From an uncultured Gemmatimonadota bacterium (GTDB taxonomy: Bacteria; 4572-55), in contig CAYOLL010000002.1 of the NCBI GenBank assembly GCA_964404765.1, positions 6,604 through 70,603 on the forward strand: 64,000 nt of DNA. Direction: 5' to 3'. Shown in pieces: positions 35,358-45,316 of the stretch. Below the pieces are notes generated by a model. The model was not told the DNA's origin. It made no database searches and saw only the letters and a list, made by a program, of their open reading frames with translations. The stretch's first letter is position 1. Each line of letters opens with the position of its first letter. The position numbers were made by a program, and so were the translations under genes.

Positions 35358-38300
35358 ATGAAAAAATTCATTTTTTTAACATTGGCGGTGTTGGGTTGTG
35401 CCCAAATCACATTTGGGCAGTCTTCGATTCCCGCGCTTTCCAATGATCGTGTTTATGGCGGCGACGCAGTTAGTTCGGCAAAATTACAAGCTTTTATTAT
35501 TCATTATGAGCTGACCCATGTTAGCCCGGCCCGTTTTTTTGTCGTTTATGCTGCCGATACGGGCGGCAGTCTGCCCGCGTACACCTCCCGTTTAATCAAG
35601 ACCTGGCAGTATGACCGCCGTTTTGACAGGAACGAGCATATTATCTTAGTCTTCGCCCCAAAACAGCATGACTTTTATATCCATTTTGGCGATTCCTGGC
35701 AACACTGCTTTGACCTTGATAATGACTTGGCTCAACTGCAAGTTTTACTGAATGCCACCTACAAAACATCCCCGCAGGAAATCATCCGGATTCTCGACCA
35801 ATGGATGCAGACACATATCCGGCAGCGCCGCGAATTTGTAGCGCGGGGCGCCGCGCGGTTGCAAAAGATTAAAGCGCTTATTGCGGAAAAACAAGCTCAG
35901 CATCTTGTTTTTAGCCCACCGGAAGGCTATGCCATAGCCATCAGACGTTTTCAACAGATAGCCGGCGATTGCAATTGCAACCGCGTACAAGCCGCATTCA
36001 ACGCCCTCAATATTGCCTTAAACGATACCGAAGACGCCATCCGCGCAGCCGCTCAACAGCAGGCTGAGGCCAGGCTTAGTCTGGCCCATGCCAACGCCAT
36101 ATTTGGGCAGTTAGGCAAAACGTTCCTGGCTATTCCCGATTCTATTGCCGAACCGGCGCGAATTAAGAATGCTTATGCCGAAGTCGAATCGTTGCTGATT
36201 TTAGCGACCGACGAGTTGCCGACCCATTATGCCCAAAGCAATGAGCACAGTGTTTCCGCTTCCAATCTGGCCAATGTGCTTATTTTCCGCATCGAGCGCG
36301 CGCAAAAAATGCGCATGGCGGCTTATACGCTGAGCATTAAAATTAATGATCGTCTGGAAAATTTTGCGAATATGGATGCGCATAATCCGGTCAATATCAC
36401 TTTTGATCGCAAGCGCCTGGCAGCGTTACAGGATACTGTTAAAATGCTCATGGCAATACAAGCCGGTCAAGCCGAAGAATTTGTGCATAAAGGCACTAAC
36501 ATCTTAGAGCAATTGGATGAATTAAATAGCGCTACGTTAAAAGATCGAACCATCGCGACTTTGCATAATTATGGCGATCTTTTGACGATTGCTTTTTTTA
36601 TTGGGGTGATGTCAGTTTTATTTTCCTACACTATGTTTTACCATTATAAACGCCATGAATATATTGAGATTATCCTTAACGAGAAAAAATATGCCTGGGA
36701 GCGTTTTCAAGAGCACGCGCGATCTATTATCGATTTGCTGAACACGGGTTTTGGCAAGCTGATCCCAGCTCCGAATGGCCAGTTGCAAGTGCGTTTTTCA
36801 GGCCAATCCTATACACAATATAAAAAAGCGCTTTCGCAGATTAACAGCATTTATAGTCAACAGCATTTTGCCGAGCAAAACTTGACCGCCGTTCAAGCTT
36901 TTTTATCCCAAATGTCGCCCTGGAGACCTAATCTGGTCCAAGATGCCGTGGACTATTTAAAGGGTCAAAAAATAATCCCGGAAGATGCGGATTTTGATAC
37001 TTTTACTAAAAAAGTGAACACGGGCGATTTATCGTTGGCGCTGGTACAGATTGATCGCTTGATTATCAATCTTGACGATTATTATGAATCGGCTGCCAGC
37101 ATTCTGGAGCAAATCCGGGAGGCTCAGGAGCGGGTTCGACTGGAAGCGGCCAATGGTCAGGTTTTTGTCAGCCGGGTGCGTGACCTTCTGGCAGAACATC
37201 AAGCGGCCAATAATCTCCAGCCGTTTTATCAAAATCGTTTTGCAGAGCTTAAAGTTGATCTCAACAAGGTGCTTGCTCTGGAAAAAACAGATCCAATCGC
37301 TGCCGTACATGCCTTTGAAGGAATTACGGTTATGTTAAAAAGTTTAGTGGAAAATCTAACCCAGATTCCGGACTTTTTGGCAGAAAGTCAGTCCCTGACT
37401 GGCTGGCTGGATGATTTTAATCAGACGATCAGCCAATTGCGCGATTCCGGGTTACGTTTGCGAGAAGACGGCGGCCCGGAACCGTGCGTTGAAAGCGCCC
37501 GCGCTTTGTTGCACGAAGGCCAATACAACTTAAGCCAGGGTCGAATTACACAGGCAAAATCGGTATTTGATAGCGCCCGCAAATTATTGGAAGAGGCCAA
37601 CGCGCAAATTTCTAAGACAATTGAAATCAAAGATGTTGTAGCGCATCAAATTGCTGAGCTAAAAGCGCTTAACGAGCGGTTATACGATGAGATAGCCGAC
37701 ACGATGATCTCACTGGCAGATATGCGCAAAAGCTTTAAACAAGAAGCCTTTAGTCTGGAAAACGATCATGTGGATGAGTCGGTTCTGATTCTAAATAAGT
37801 GCGGCAATCTGCTGATTGAGGCGGAAATGTACATTCAGCCGTTTATGCAAAAATTTTTAGCGGCTTGGAAATTAGTGACCGAAGTTGAACAAATGCAGCA
37901 CGGTGTCCGGCATCTGTTAGTCCAGGTCAAAAAGCGACGCGCAACGCTTTACGATTTGCGGCGCGAAACACAAGCGCAATACGAAAGTTTAACGGATTTC
38001 TATACCCGTGTTGTTAATTTTGTGCGAAAGCATCACACCGATTTGCCGGCGGATTTCAGTGAGTTTTTGAGTATTATCGGTACAGATTGCGCCGATTTGC
38101 AACGGCGCTTCGAAGTCGAGCAGATTGATTGGGAAGATTTTAAAATTAATATTGGCGAGCTGGAAAAAGCGATTCTGTTTGTCTTTGAGCTGGCTTCGCA
38201 AAATGAGCAAAGCCGGATTTCGTATAAACTGCATCTGCAATCCGCGATGCTGACGATTCAGGAAGTGGAGGCGCTTTTTGCTGTCGAAGTAACGATGCCG

Positions 38301-38909
38301 CCCCTGGTGGCGCAGGAAATGTATACCTGCGCCAAGGCGCTGCTGGAAGTTGTCAATGAGTTGGGTCATCAGCAGTGTGCCGAATGGCCCGAGCAAATCT
38401 TATTGCTCGACTTGATTGACGAATTAGGAGACAGGGCCAAAAGCTGTGCGCTCAGGCCGCTTTCCTTAGATGAGCAGGTCGGGGAAACGCTGCAAGTGCT
38501 GGAGCAACCGGAAAATAAGCGTCAGCTCGAAAAAGCTAAGACAGATCGCGTCAATAAAATGCTGGCCGACCATATTGAAGAGCAGTATCGATCCGAGCAT
38601 TTTCAGGACGCAATTCAATCCAGCTTTCGCTTGCTCCTGACTGCTTATAAAGAAGAGTGTCTCAAGCGGATTGAATATAAAAAGACGATGCGCAAAAACG
38701 CTTTTGACGAATTGACCAATACTCGCAAGGCAACTCTGGCCAGGGCCAAAGCCGAGCGCACCGGCAGTTGGATTCGTCAAGCACGGGAACGGGCCTGGTA
38801 TTTGATGCCGCCCTCGTTTTTAACCACCGAAACAATCGTGCCGGTTCAGGTTGAAGAAGATAGCGATTTTATGGAGGCCACCGGCACAAGCGGCCTCCAT
38901 TTAGTCTGA
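35358..38909 (+). CDS. Large (1183 aa) signal-peptide protein with an N-terminal TPM (TLP18.3/Psb32/MOLO-1)-like domain, one TM helix and a ~750-aa helical / coiled-coil region
   Basis: Signal peptide 'MKKFIFLTLAVLGCAQITFGQ'. TPM-like block 'FFVVYAADTGGSLPAYTSRLIKTWQYDRRFDRNEHIILVFAPKQHDFYIHFGDSW'. TM helix 'LLTIAFFIGVMSVLFSYTMFYHY'. The rest is long and Glu/Leu/Gln-rich with no catalytic motif recognised. Confidence 0.55.
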   Translation: MKKFIFLTLAVLGCAQITFGQSSIPALSNDRVYGGDAVSSAKLQAFIIHYELTHVSPARFFVVYAADTGGSLPAYTSRLIKTWQYDRRFDRNEHIILVFAPKQHDFYIHFGDSWQHCFDLDNDLAQLQVLLNATYKTSPQEIIRILDQWMQTHIRQRREFVARGAARLQKIKALIAEKQAQHLVFSPPEGYAIAIRRFQQIAGDCNCNRVQAAFNALNIALNDTEDAIRAAAQQQAEARLSLAHANAIFGQLGKTFLAIPDSIAEPARIKNAYAEVESLLILATDELPTHYAQSNEHSVSASNLANVLIFRIERAQKMRMAAYTLSIKINDRLENFANMDAHNPVNITFDRKRLAALQDTVKMLMAIQAGQAEEFVHKGTNILEQLDELNSATLKDRTIATLHNYGDLLTIAFFIGVMSVLFSYTMFYHYKRHEYIEIILNEKKYAWERFQEHARSIIDLLNTGFGKLIPAPNGQLQVRFSGQSYTQYKKALSQINSIYSQQHFAEQNLTAVQAFLSQMSPWRPNLVQDAVDYLKGQKIIPEDADFDTFTKKVNTGDLSLALVQIDRLIINLDDYYESAASILEQIREAQERVRLEAANGQVFVSRVRDLLAEHQAANNLQPFYQNRFAELKVDLNKVLALEKTDPIAAVHAFEGITVMLKSLVENLTQIPDFLAESQSLTGWLDDFNQTISQLRDSGLRLREDGGPEPCVESARALLHEGQYNLSQGRITQAKSVFDSARKLLEEANAQISKTIEIKDVVAHQIAELKALNERLYDEIADTMISLADMRKSFKQEAFSLENDHVDESVLILNKCGNLLIEAEMYIQPFMQKFLAAWKLVTEVEQMQHGVRHLLVQVKKRRATLYDLRRETQAQYESLTDFYTRVVNFVRKHHTDLPADFSEFLSIIGTDCADLQRRFEVEQIDWEDFKINIGELEKAILFVFELASQNEQSRISYKLHLQSAMLTIQEVEALFAVEVTMPPLVAQEMYTCAKALLEVVNELGHQQCAEWPEQILLLDLIDELGDRAKSCALRPLSLDEQVGETLQVLEQPENKRQLEKAKTDRVNKMLADHIEEQYRSEHFQDAIQSSFRLLLTAYKEECLKRIEYKKTMRKNAFDELTNTRKATLARAKAERTGSWIRQARERAWYLMPPSFLTTETIVPVQVEEDSDFMEATGTSGLHLV

Positions 38910-38922
38910 AGCCGAATTTATG

Positions 38923-39023
38923 GTGTGATAAAGTCCCGGCTTAACCTTGCGAAGGCTTTATTTTGTTGGATCGGAATCGAGCAGCCAAGCCTTCGCAAGG
39001 TTATTTTTCCGACTTTGTCACAC
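38923..39023. repeat. Family-3 nested palindromic element, copy B, between convergent genes
   Basis: Outer arms gtgtgataaagtc / gactttgtcacac. Inner arms ttaaccttgcgaaggcttt / aagccttcgcaaggtta. Confidence 0.5.
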
Positions 39024-39054
39024 GTTCCTATAATACAAAGCCAATCGTTATGAT

Positions 39055-40107
39055 TTAATAGCCGGCGCCATCCAGCGAAAGAATGTATTCGGTTAGCAAC
39101 ATGACGGCGTTTTCCAAATCGATCAGGCTGACCACTTCGGTAGAGGTGTGCATGTAGCGACAGGGAATGCCGATAATGTTGACCGATGCGCCCTTGCCCC
39201 GCTCGGACATGGGGTCGGCATCCGTATGGGTGCGGCCAAAATCCAGATCAATTTGATAAGGAATGCCCTTGGCCTTCGCCGTTTTTTCCAGGCCGTTAAA
39301 CAGTTTTTCGCTAGAACGCACGCCGCGTTGAATGCTGGGCCCGCGGCCGCATTTAACATCCCCGTATTGATTTTTGCTAATGGTCGGGGTGTTGGTATCG
39401 TGGGTGACATCAATCGCAATGCCTATATCCGGCCGTAGCTTGCCCACCAGCGGCGCAATGCCCCACACGCCAGTCTCTTCTTGTACGCCGGCCACGCTGA
39501 TTACCGAGACTTTCAGCTCATCTTTGCGCGCAGCCAGACGGCGCAAGGTTTCCGCCGCCACATAGCAGCCGGTGCGGTTGTCAAAGTTGCGGGCTACAGC
39601 CAAGCCGTTGGCCAGTTCTTTAAAACCGCCACCCCAAACAATCGGGTCGCCAATGCGAACGCGCTTTTCCGTTTCTTCGCGATTATTGGAACCAATGTCA
39701 ATCCATAGTTCGTGCAGCTTGGGCGGCTTATCATTGGTGCGATCCAATAGGTGGAATGCTTTTTTGCTGATGACGCCGGGCACAACGCCGTTGGGGGTAA
39801 TGATCTCGATATGCTGGGAAAGCAGTACGGCCACATCCACGCCGCCAATGGCGCCGACATAAATAAATCCATTATCATCAATATAGTTGACCATCAATCC
39901 AACTTCGTCGGCATGGCCGGAAATCATCACTTTAAAGGGTTTGTCCGGATGCAGAATGGCATAGCGGTCGCCATGGCTCATGACCTGCACCGGGGTGACA
40001 AATTGCGCGACATAATCCGCCCAGACTTGCAAAACCGGTTCTTCATAGCCGGCCGGGCCGGATGTTTCCAATAGTTTCATTAAAAAGGCTCGTGAACGTT
40101 CTTCCAT
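39055..40107 (-). CDS. M42-family metallo-aminopeptidase (glutamyl aminopeptidase / FrvX-like)
   Basis: 'SGHADEVGLMVNYIDDNGFIYVGAIGG' and the overall M42 fold pattern. 350 aa. Confidence 0.85.
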   Translation of the reverse strand: MEERSRAFLMKLLETSGPAGYEEPVLQVWADYVAQFVTPVQVMSHGDRYAILHPDKPFKVMISGHADEVGLMVNYIDDNGFIYVGAIGGVDVAVLLSQHIEIITPNGVVPGVISKKAFHLLDRTNDKPPKLHELWIDIGSNNREETEKRVRIGDPIVWGGGFKELANGLAVARNFDNRTGCYVAAETLRRLAARKDELKVSVISVAGVQEETGVWGIAPLVGKLRPDIGIAIDVTHDTNTPTISKNQYGDVKCGRGPSIQRGVRSSEKLFNGLEKTAKAKGIPYQIDLDFGRTHTDADPMSERGKGASVNIIGIPCRYMHTSTEVVSLIDLENAVMLLTEYILSLDGAGY

Positions 40108-40238
40108 CGGGTTTTCCTTTCAGTTTGGAAAAAGTATTCTTACAGGTATTTGCCGTAGAGTCACAGCAATCAGCAATCACAGAGCATAATCATTTCTGCT
40201 AAAAATTGTCGCTGGGGTTCTGAGGCAAAACAGGGACG

Positions 40239-42506
40239 TTATTTCATCAAAATCATCGACTTACGGGCGGTAAAACCGTCCGCAGTTTGTAGCTCATAAA
40301 AATATAATCCGCTGGCGACAACCGTATCCGAATTGCTCCGCCCGTCCCAGTAGATTTCCTGCCAACCGGCAGGTCGTTGCTCATCCAAGAGCGTCCTGAC
40401 CCATCGGCCACTAGCATCATAAATTTGCAGCTTGACATGACCGCTGTTCTGCAGCGCAAAACTAAGCATCGTTGCAGGATTAAAGGGATTCGGATAATTT
40501 TGTCCCAGCGCGTTGAAGCGAGCATCTGTACCAGGTTCAACGGCCACCGGTTGCTCGATGACGACCGGCAGATACGGACTCCAGAGGCTGGGTTGAAATT
40601 CGGCGTCACGACCGCGCGCCTGATAGTAATAATGCCCGTTCGGACGGTCTGGAGTTGAATAGGATGATGCGATCAAATTTTTGGCTATAATTTCGTCACG
40701 CTCGAATTGCATGACAGGTTTGATATCATCAAAATAAAATCCTTCACCTTCTACGCGGTCATCCGTCACATAACGAAACCGGATAAATAGCGCTTGACCC
40801 GCGTACGCCGACAGATCAAAATCGCCCTCAATCCAGCCGTCGGAAGCGCCGGTGATGCCGTGTCCCAAATTTTTGCGGTTTGGATCCTGTGTGGTGGTGA
40901 TATTGCCCGGAATGTTCGTAAAGTTAAGCCCGTCCGTGGAAATTGAGACATAAGCATAATCATACGCGCTTTCGGTTTCATACCAGGTTTTAAAGGTCAG
41001 ATGGGCTCCGGCTTCAACAAAAATCGGGCGAATGGCTGTTAAACGGGAATCCGCCCGTGACGAGCGGCCGGAGTAGTAACTTTTTTGGTTGCTAAAGGCC
41101 CGCGCGAGGGATGGCACAAAACCTTGATAAAGCCAGGGTATGTTACCTTCCGCACTGTCTGTAATTTGTTGGGCGTTGTACAGTTCCCGAACTTCATAGC
41201 TCACGGCCGGATTGGCCGGATCGGGACGCGGGGTCGTCCAGGACAGGTGAAAGCGGTTCCAACTGTCAAAGATGGCTTCCGGCCGGTCAGGTTGGCCGGG
41301 TGGATCGACGCCGCCCGGATTGCTGGAAAATAGCGCGGCTTTGATGTTAATGGGACGCGTGTCGGCTAATAATTGCGGGATGGCCGATTCTGACGGTAAA
41401 AATTCCGTGCCGACTTCCGGTGTAAATGACAGAATTTTGTTTTTGGTGATTTGATCGCCATAAAACCAATCATCCGAGTCGCCGTTAGTCTCATAAATGG
41501 TTCCGGAGGTCACATTGCCCTGCACGTAGCCGTTTTCAGCGACAAAAGCCTGGCCCAATTTGACAAAAGTTGCATGATCGGGGGTGTTTTGGGCGGCATA
41601 GCCCCAGGGATATAAGACCAGACGGCCATAGCTGTGATAGTTGATAGCAATGACAAATTTTCGATTTCGGGCAAAGTTCCGGATGGCCTGGTTTTCCGGC
41701 TCGGAAAATGCCGCAGGCCCGCGGTAGGTTTCCGCGGACATATTCGGATTGGAACCGACGTTGTTATAGCCCCAATTGTAGCCGTAATTCCGATTCAAAT
41801 CAACGCCATCGTATTGAAGATCAAAGATACCGCTGGCATTATTATCGCGAACATTTTTGCGCCAATAGTTGTAGGTGGTTGCCACGACATTATGACCGTC
41901 CGGGTTCAGCATGGGCACAACCCACACTTCCCGTTGATTTACAATAAAGGCCGACGTGTCGTTGACGGCATAGTTTTCCGTCAAAAATTTGATGAAATCC
42001 AAAGGGATTTCCGCCGTAATAATCTCCCGGCTGTGGTGGACGCCGATAATTAGCAGCTCCGGCTCATCCTCGTCCACAGCGGCGTTGTCGGATATTTTCA
42101 TGGCCCAGATGTCGCGATTTTGCCAGGTTTTGCCGATACTTTGCAGCAGGGTGATGTCCGGGAATGCCGTATGAATGGCCCGCAGTTCATCTTCTACTTC
42201 CTGAAAAGTATGATACTGACCCAGATCGCCGCGTTGGCTGACAGCACGGCTTATATAAGCGTCCATGTCGCTTTGCCGGATTTCCATAGACCAATCGGCC
42301 AGCTCCCGCCGGCCCAACTGCTCAGTCGGCACAAAGTAATCCCCATAATCATGAGGCAGACGGCACATCGCCGATTCGTAACCCAGCGCTTGCAAGTCAT
42401 CCGGCTGATGGCTCGCGTCAAAGTAGAAACGTACCAACGCTGTTTCTGCGTTCAAAAGCTGCGCCGAAAACAAAATGCTTATGGCAATCATCGTTTTTAA
42501 TTTCAT
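40239..42506 (-). CDS. Secreted M14-family zinc carboxypeptidase with a T9SS C-terminal sorting domain
   Basis: Signal peptide. M14 zinc motif context 'IGVHHSREIIT' and '...NPDGHN'. C-terminus 'GQNYPNPFNPATMLSFALQNSGHVKLQIYDASGRWVRTL...GLYFYELQTADGFTARKSMILMK' is the T9SS CTD. Confidence 0.8.
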   Translation of the reverse strand: MKLKTMIAISILFSAQLLNAETALVRFYFDASHQPDDLQALGYESAMCRLPHDYGDYFVPTEQLGRRELADWSMEIRQSDMDAYISRAVSQRGDLGQYHTFQEVEDELRAIHTAFPDITLLQSIGKTWQNRDIWAMKISDNAAVDEDEPELLIIGVHHSREIITAEIPLDFIKFLTENYAVNDTSAFIVNQREVWVVPMLNPDGHNVVATTYNYWRKNVRDNNASGIFDLQYDGVDLNRNYGYNWGYNNVGSNPNMSAETYRGPAAFSEPENQAIRNFARNRKFVIAINYHSYGRLVLYPWGYAAQNTPDHATFVKLGQAFVAENGYVQGNVTSGTIYETNGDSDDWFYGDQITKNKILSFTPEVGTEFLPSESAIPQLLADTRPINIKAALFSSNPGGVDPPGQPDRPEAIFDSWNRFHLSWTTPRPDPANPAVSYEVRELYNAQQITDSAEGNIPWLYQGFVPSLARAFSNQKSYYSGRSSRADSRLTAIRPIFVEAGAHLTFKTWYETESAYDYAYVSISTDGLNFTNIPGNITTTQDPNRKNLGHGITGASDGWIEGDFDLSAYAGQALFIRFRYVTDDRVEGEGFYFDDIKPVMQFERDEIIAKNLIASSYSTPDRPNGHYYYQARGRDAEFQPSLWSPYLPVVIEQPVAVEPGTDARFNALGQNYPNPFNPATMLSFALQNSGHVKLQIYDASGRWVRTLLDEQRPAGWQEIYWDGRSNSDTVVASGLYFYELQTADGFTARKSMILMK

Positions 42507-42576
42507 ATAGCAATCCTCATTTTGGAAGTGACCAAAGCCTTTCCAAGCGACAAATTTGGCATGTTATCACATAACT

Positions 42577-42704
42577 TTGCAATAACAGTTGGTTAACCTT
42601 GCAAAGGTTCCCGCTTGTAAGTTTGTAAAAGCCATGAAAATATTAGCGTTCGTCGCAAGTTTAACCATCGCAAGGTTTGGTTTTACCAACACTTTTTGAG
42701 CAAT
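42577..42704. repeat. Family-3-like palindromic element, copy C (more diverged)
   Basis: ttaaccttgcaaaggtt ... aaccatcgcaaggttt ... ctttttgagcaat. Confidence 0.35.
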
Positions 42705-42711
42705 GACGTTA

Positions 42712-43557
42712 TCACGACTTAATTTCGATTTTCATACTGATATCCAATGCGGTCACGGAATGCGTTAAGGCGCCGATAGAGATGAAATCCACGCCGGTAC
42801 GCGCCACCGCCCGCGCATTGTAGAGATTGATCCCGCCTGAAGCTTCCAACGGAATTCGTCCGCCAGACAAACCGACCGCTTCGGTCATTAGCTCGATTGG
42901 CATGTTATCCAGCATAATGCGATCTACATCCTGTACCAGGGCTTGTTGAACCTCGGCCAGGGTGCGGGTTTCCACTTCAACGGCATATTTCCGGCCATAT
43001 TGTTTTCGGGCCCGCCGCACGGCTTCGGCAATACTGCCGGCGACATCAATATGGTTGTCTTTAATGAGAATCATATCGTAAAGACCGAGCCGATGGTTGA
43101 CGCCGCCGCCGACATAAACGGCATACTTGTCTAAAGTGCGTTGGCCCGGCGCGGTTTTGCGCGTGTCCGTAATTTTGGCGGACGTGCCTTTTACGGCGTC
43201 TACATATTTAGCGGTTAAGGTGGCGATGCCGGACATGCGCTGCAAGAAATTGAGCGCCAGACGCTCGCCGGTCAACAATGTCAGGGCGGAGCCTTGCACT
43301 ACTGCCAGAGAATCTCCTTTTTTTACAGGCATGCCTTCTTCAACGGTCATGTTAAACGAGATTTCCGGGTCAATTTCCAGAAAGACCATGCAGGCTACCG
43401 GTAATCCGGCAATGACGCCATCGCTTTTTGCAATGATTTTGGCTTTGGCCTGACGCTCCGCCGGAATGACGGCCTGCGTCGTTTTGTCACCATCGCCCAC
43501 ATCTTCTTTTAAGCCGAGCCGAACAATTTGGCGAATGGCTTCCTGATTTAGCAGCAT
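42712..43557 (-). CDS. nadC: Nicotinate-nucleotide pyrophosphorylase [carboxylating] (quinolinate phosphoribosyltransferase)
   Basis: '...GAVGLSGGRIPLEASGGINLYNARAVARTGVDFISIGALTHS' and the N-terminal region are typical of NadC. 281 aa. Confidence 0.9.
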   Translation of the reverse strand: MLLNQEAIRQIVRLGLKEDVGDGDKTTQAVIPAERQAKAKIIAKSDGVIAGLPVACMVFLEIDPEISFNMTVEEGMPVKKGDSLAVVQGSALTLLTGERLALNFLQRMSGIATLTAKYVDAVKGTSAKITDTRKTAPGQRTLDKYAVYVGGGVNHRLGLYDMILIKDNHIDVAGSIAEAVRRARKQYGRKYAVEVETRTLAEVQQALVQDVDRIMLDNMPIELMTEAVGLSGGRIPLEASGGINLYNARAVARTGVDFISIGALTHSVTALDISMKIEIKS

Positions 43558-43597
43558 GTACTCCCCCGTTATTGTTGATGATGCAGGCTGAAGGTTG

Positions 43598-44176
43598 TTA
43601 GATTATTGGCTGGGCTACCGCAATTTGCGGACGAATATAGCTTGGCCCAAAGCACATCGGCTGATAGCTTTTGTCCACGCCGCTTTCGGTGTAGAGCGGC
43701 GTCCAACCGGACATATCTTTAAACAGGCGAATGGCCCGAATCTCGCGCTCGGCGCATAGATCGAACCAATGGCGCGTACCTTTTGGCACGCGAATCAGAT
43801 CGCCGGCCTCTACTTCGATGGCAATGACCGGATTATTCTCCGGATGAATATGAAATAGGCCGCGGCCTTGAATGATAAAGCGCACTTCGTCATCGTCGTG
43901 CCAGTGCTCCCGGCTAAAACGGGCCAGCATGGTTTCCAATCCGGGTGTCGCCGGATTGACATTGATAATGTCGGCGGTGACATAATTGCCGCGCACTTTC
44001 AGCTTGTCAATTTCTTCCGAATAAGCCGCCAGAATTTCCTCGTTTGGCGCATCGGCGGCGACCGGATGCGACGATTGCCAGCGCTCGTAATCAATGCCGA
44101 TTTTGGCTAAGTACGCTGTCACATCGGTCTGATCGGTCAGCGTTCTATTCTCTTCGGGTATTCTTACTATGGCCAT
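43598..44176 (-). CDS. mtnD: Acireductone dioxygenase (cupin; methionine salvage)
   Basis: '[21 protein letters not shown]...[24 protein letters not shown]' is the cupin His/Glu motif of ARD/MtnD. Confidence 0.75.
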   Translation of the reverse strand: MAIVRIPEENRTLTDQTDVTAYLAKIGIDYERWQSSHPVAADAPNEEILAAYSEEIDKLKVRGNYVTADIINVNPATPGLETMLARFSREHWHDDDEVRFIIQGRGLFHIHPENNPVIAIEVEAGDLIRVPKGTRHWFDLCAEREIRAIRLFKDMSGWTPLYTESGVDKSYQPMCFGPSYIRPQIAVAQPII

Positions 44177-44270
44177 CTTTTCTCCTTTACGTGAAGAATT
44201 GCAACGTTATTTTAGCTCTTCAGATATGTTTGTGACGGTTAAGCCGTGAGGGTTTACACCCGCATGAACT

Positions 44271-44948
44271 TTAAAGTTTGTTCGATGAGCCGCTATTATG
44301 GCGCTGTCCCAGAACTTCAAACAAAAATTCAAATGTTTCAACATGGCGGCGGGCCTCGGCCACATTCCGACCCCAGGTATACAAGCCGTGCCGTCGTAAT
44401 AAAAAGCCGTGCGCGTTGGGATTGTCGGATAACATCCGCTCAACGATTTGGCCCAGTGCGTTCATTTCCTGAGCATTTTCGATAATCGGCAGCCATTCGC
44501 GATGGGTATGGGTATGCACCCCGGCCAGACCCTTCAACATTTCATAGCCTTCGATGCTCAGCCCGCCTTGATCACCATGCAGATCCGACAGAATGGTGCC
44601 CCAGACCGAGTGTGTATGCAGAATCGCCCCGGCATCGCGCTGCCGCAAAATAGCTAAATGCAGCTTGGTCTCGTCAGATGGACGGCCTGCTCCGGCTAAG
44701 ACCTGTTCAGCGCCATCAATGTGCAGAATATGTTCGGGCGTCAACGCGCCTTTGTCGGCTCCGGAAACCGTGATAGCCAATTGCAGCGGTTCGCGCTGCA
44801 AAACCGCGCTATAGTTTCCACTCGTGCCGAGCGCCCAGCCGCGCCGGTGAAAATCTTGTCCGATAAGAATAATTTGATGCGCTAAATCTAAAAACAACGT
44901 GCGCTCCTTATTTGTTATTAATGAAGGATAAACTTCTACCCAATTCAT
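44271..44948 (-). CDS. mtnB: Class II aldolase/adducin-family protein, probably methylthioribulose-1-phosphate dehydratase
   Basis: 'GWALGTSGNYSAVL...ITVSGADKGALT...HTHSVWGTIL' is the class II aldolase fold. It lies next to mtnD. The start was taken at the internal Met (MNWVEV...), and the ORF-track start 45068 adds a doubtful 40-aa leader. Confidence 0.7.
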   Translation of the reverse strand: MNWVEVYPSLITNKERTLFLDLAHQIILIGQDFHRRGWALGTSGNYSAVLQREPLQLAITVSGADKGALTPEHILHIDGAEQVLAGAGRPSDETKLHLAILRQRDAGAILHTHSVWGTILSDLHGDQGGLSIEGYEMLKGLAGVHTHTHREWLPIIENAQEMNALGQIVERMLSDNPNAHGFLLRRHGLYTWGRNVAEARRHVETFEFLFEVLGQRHNSGSSNKL

Positions 44949-45316
44949 TGAAATCAGTTTCAGGCAACTTCTATTACAAAAAACATTACGCGCGACTGAA
45001 ATGCAAGCTATCTGCGCATAGTTTGCCAAATAATTTCGGCATTTTTCAAAAAGCGTCATAATTTTCAAAAAATGTCAGACAGACCATCCGGCATTTTCGA
45101 TTGTTGAACCGGCGACACTTTTTGCTTGAATGTTCTGCCCGGATAGTGTAGTTTTGGCCTTTACACTGTGAAATTCGGTAACTACTCACCTTCACCACAG
45201 AAATACACGGAGAATATACGCTTGCGCACAGGATTTGACTTACTTCCGTGTAAATCCGTGACCTTCAGTGGTGATACCCGAGTAATTACAAAATTTGGAT
45301 ACTGTCTCCACAAACT

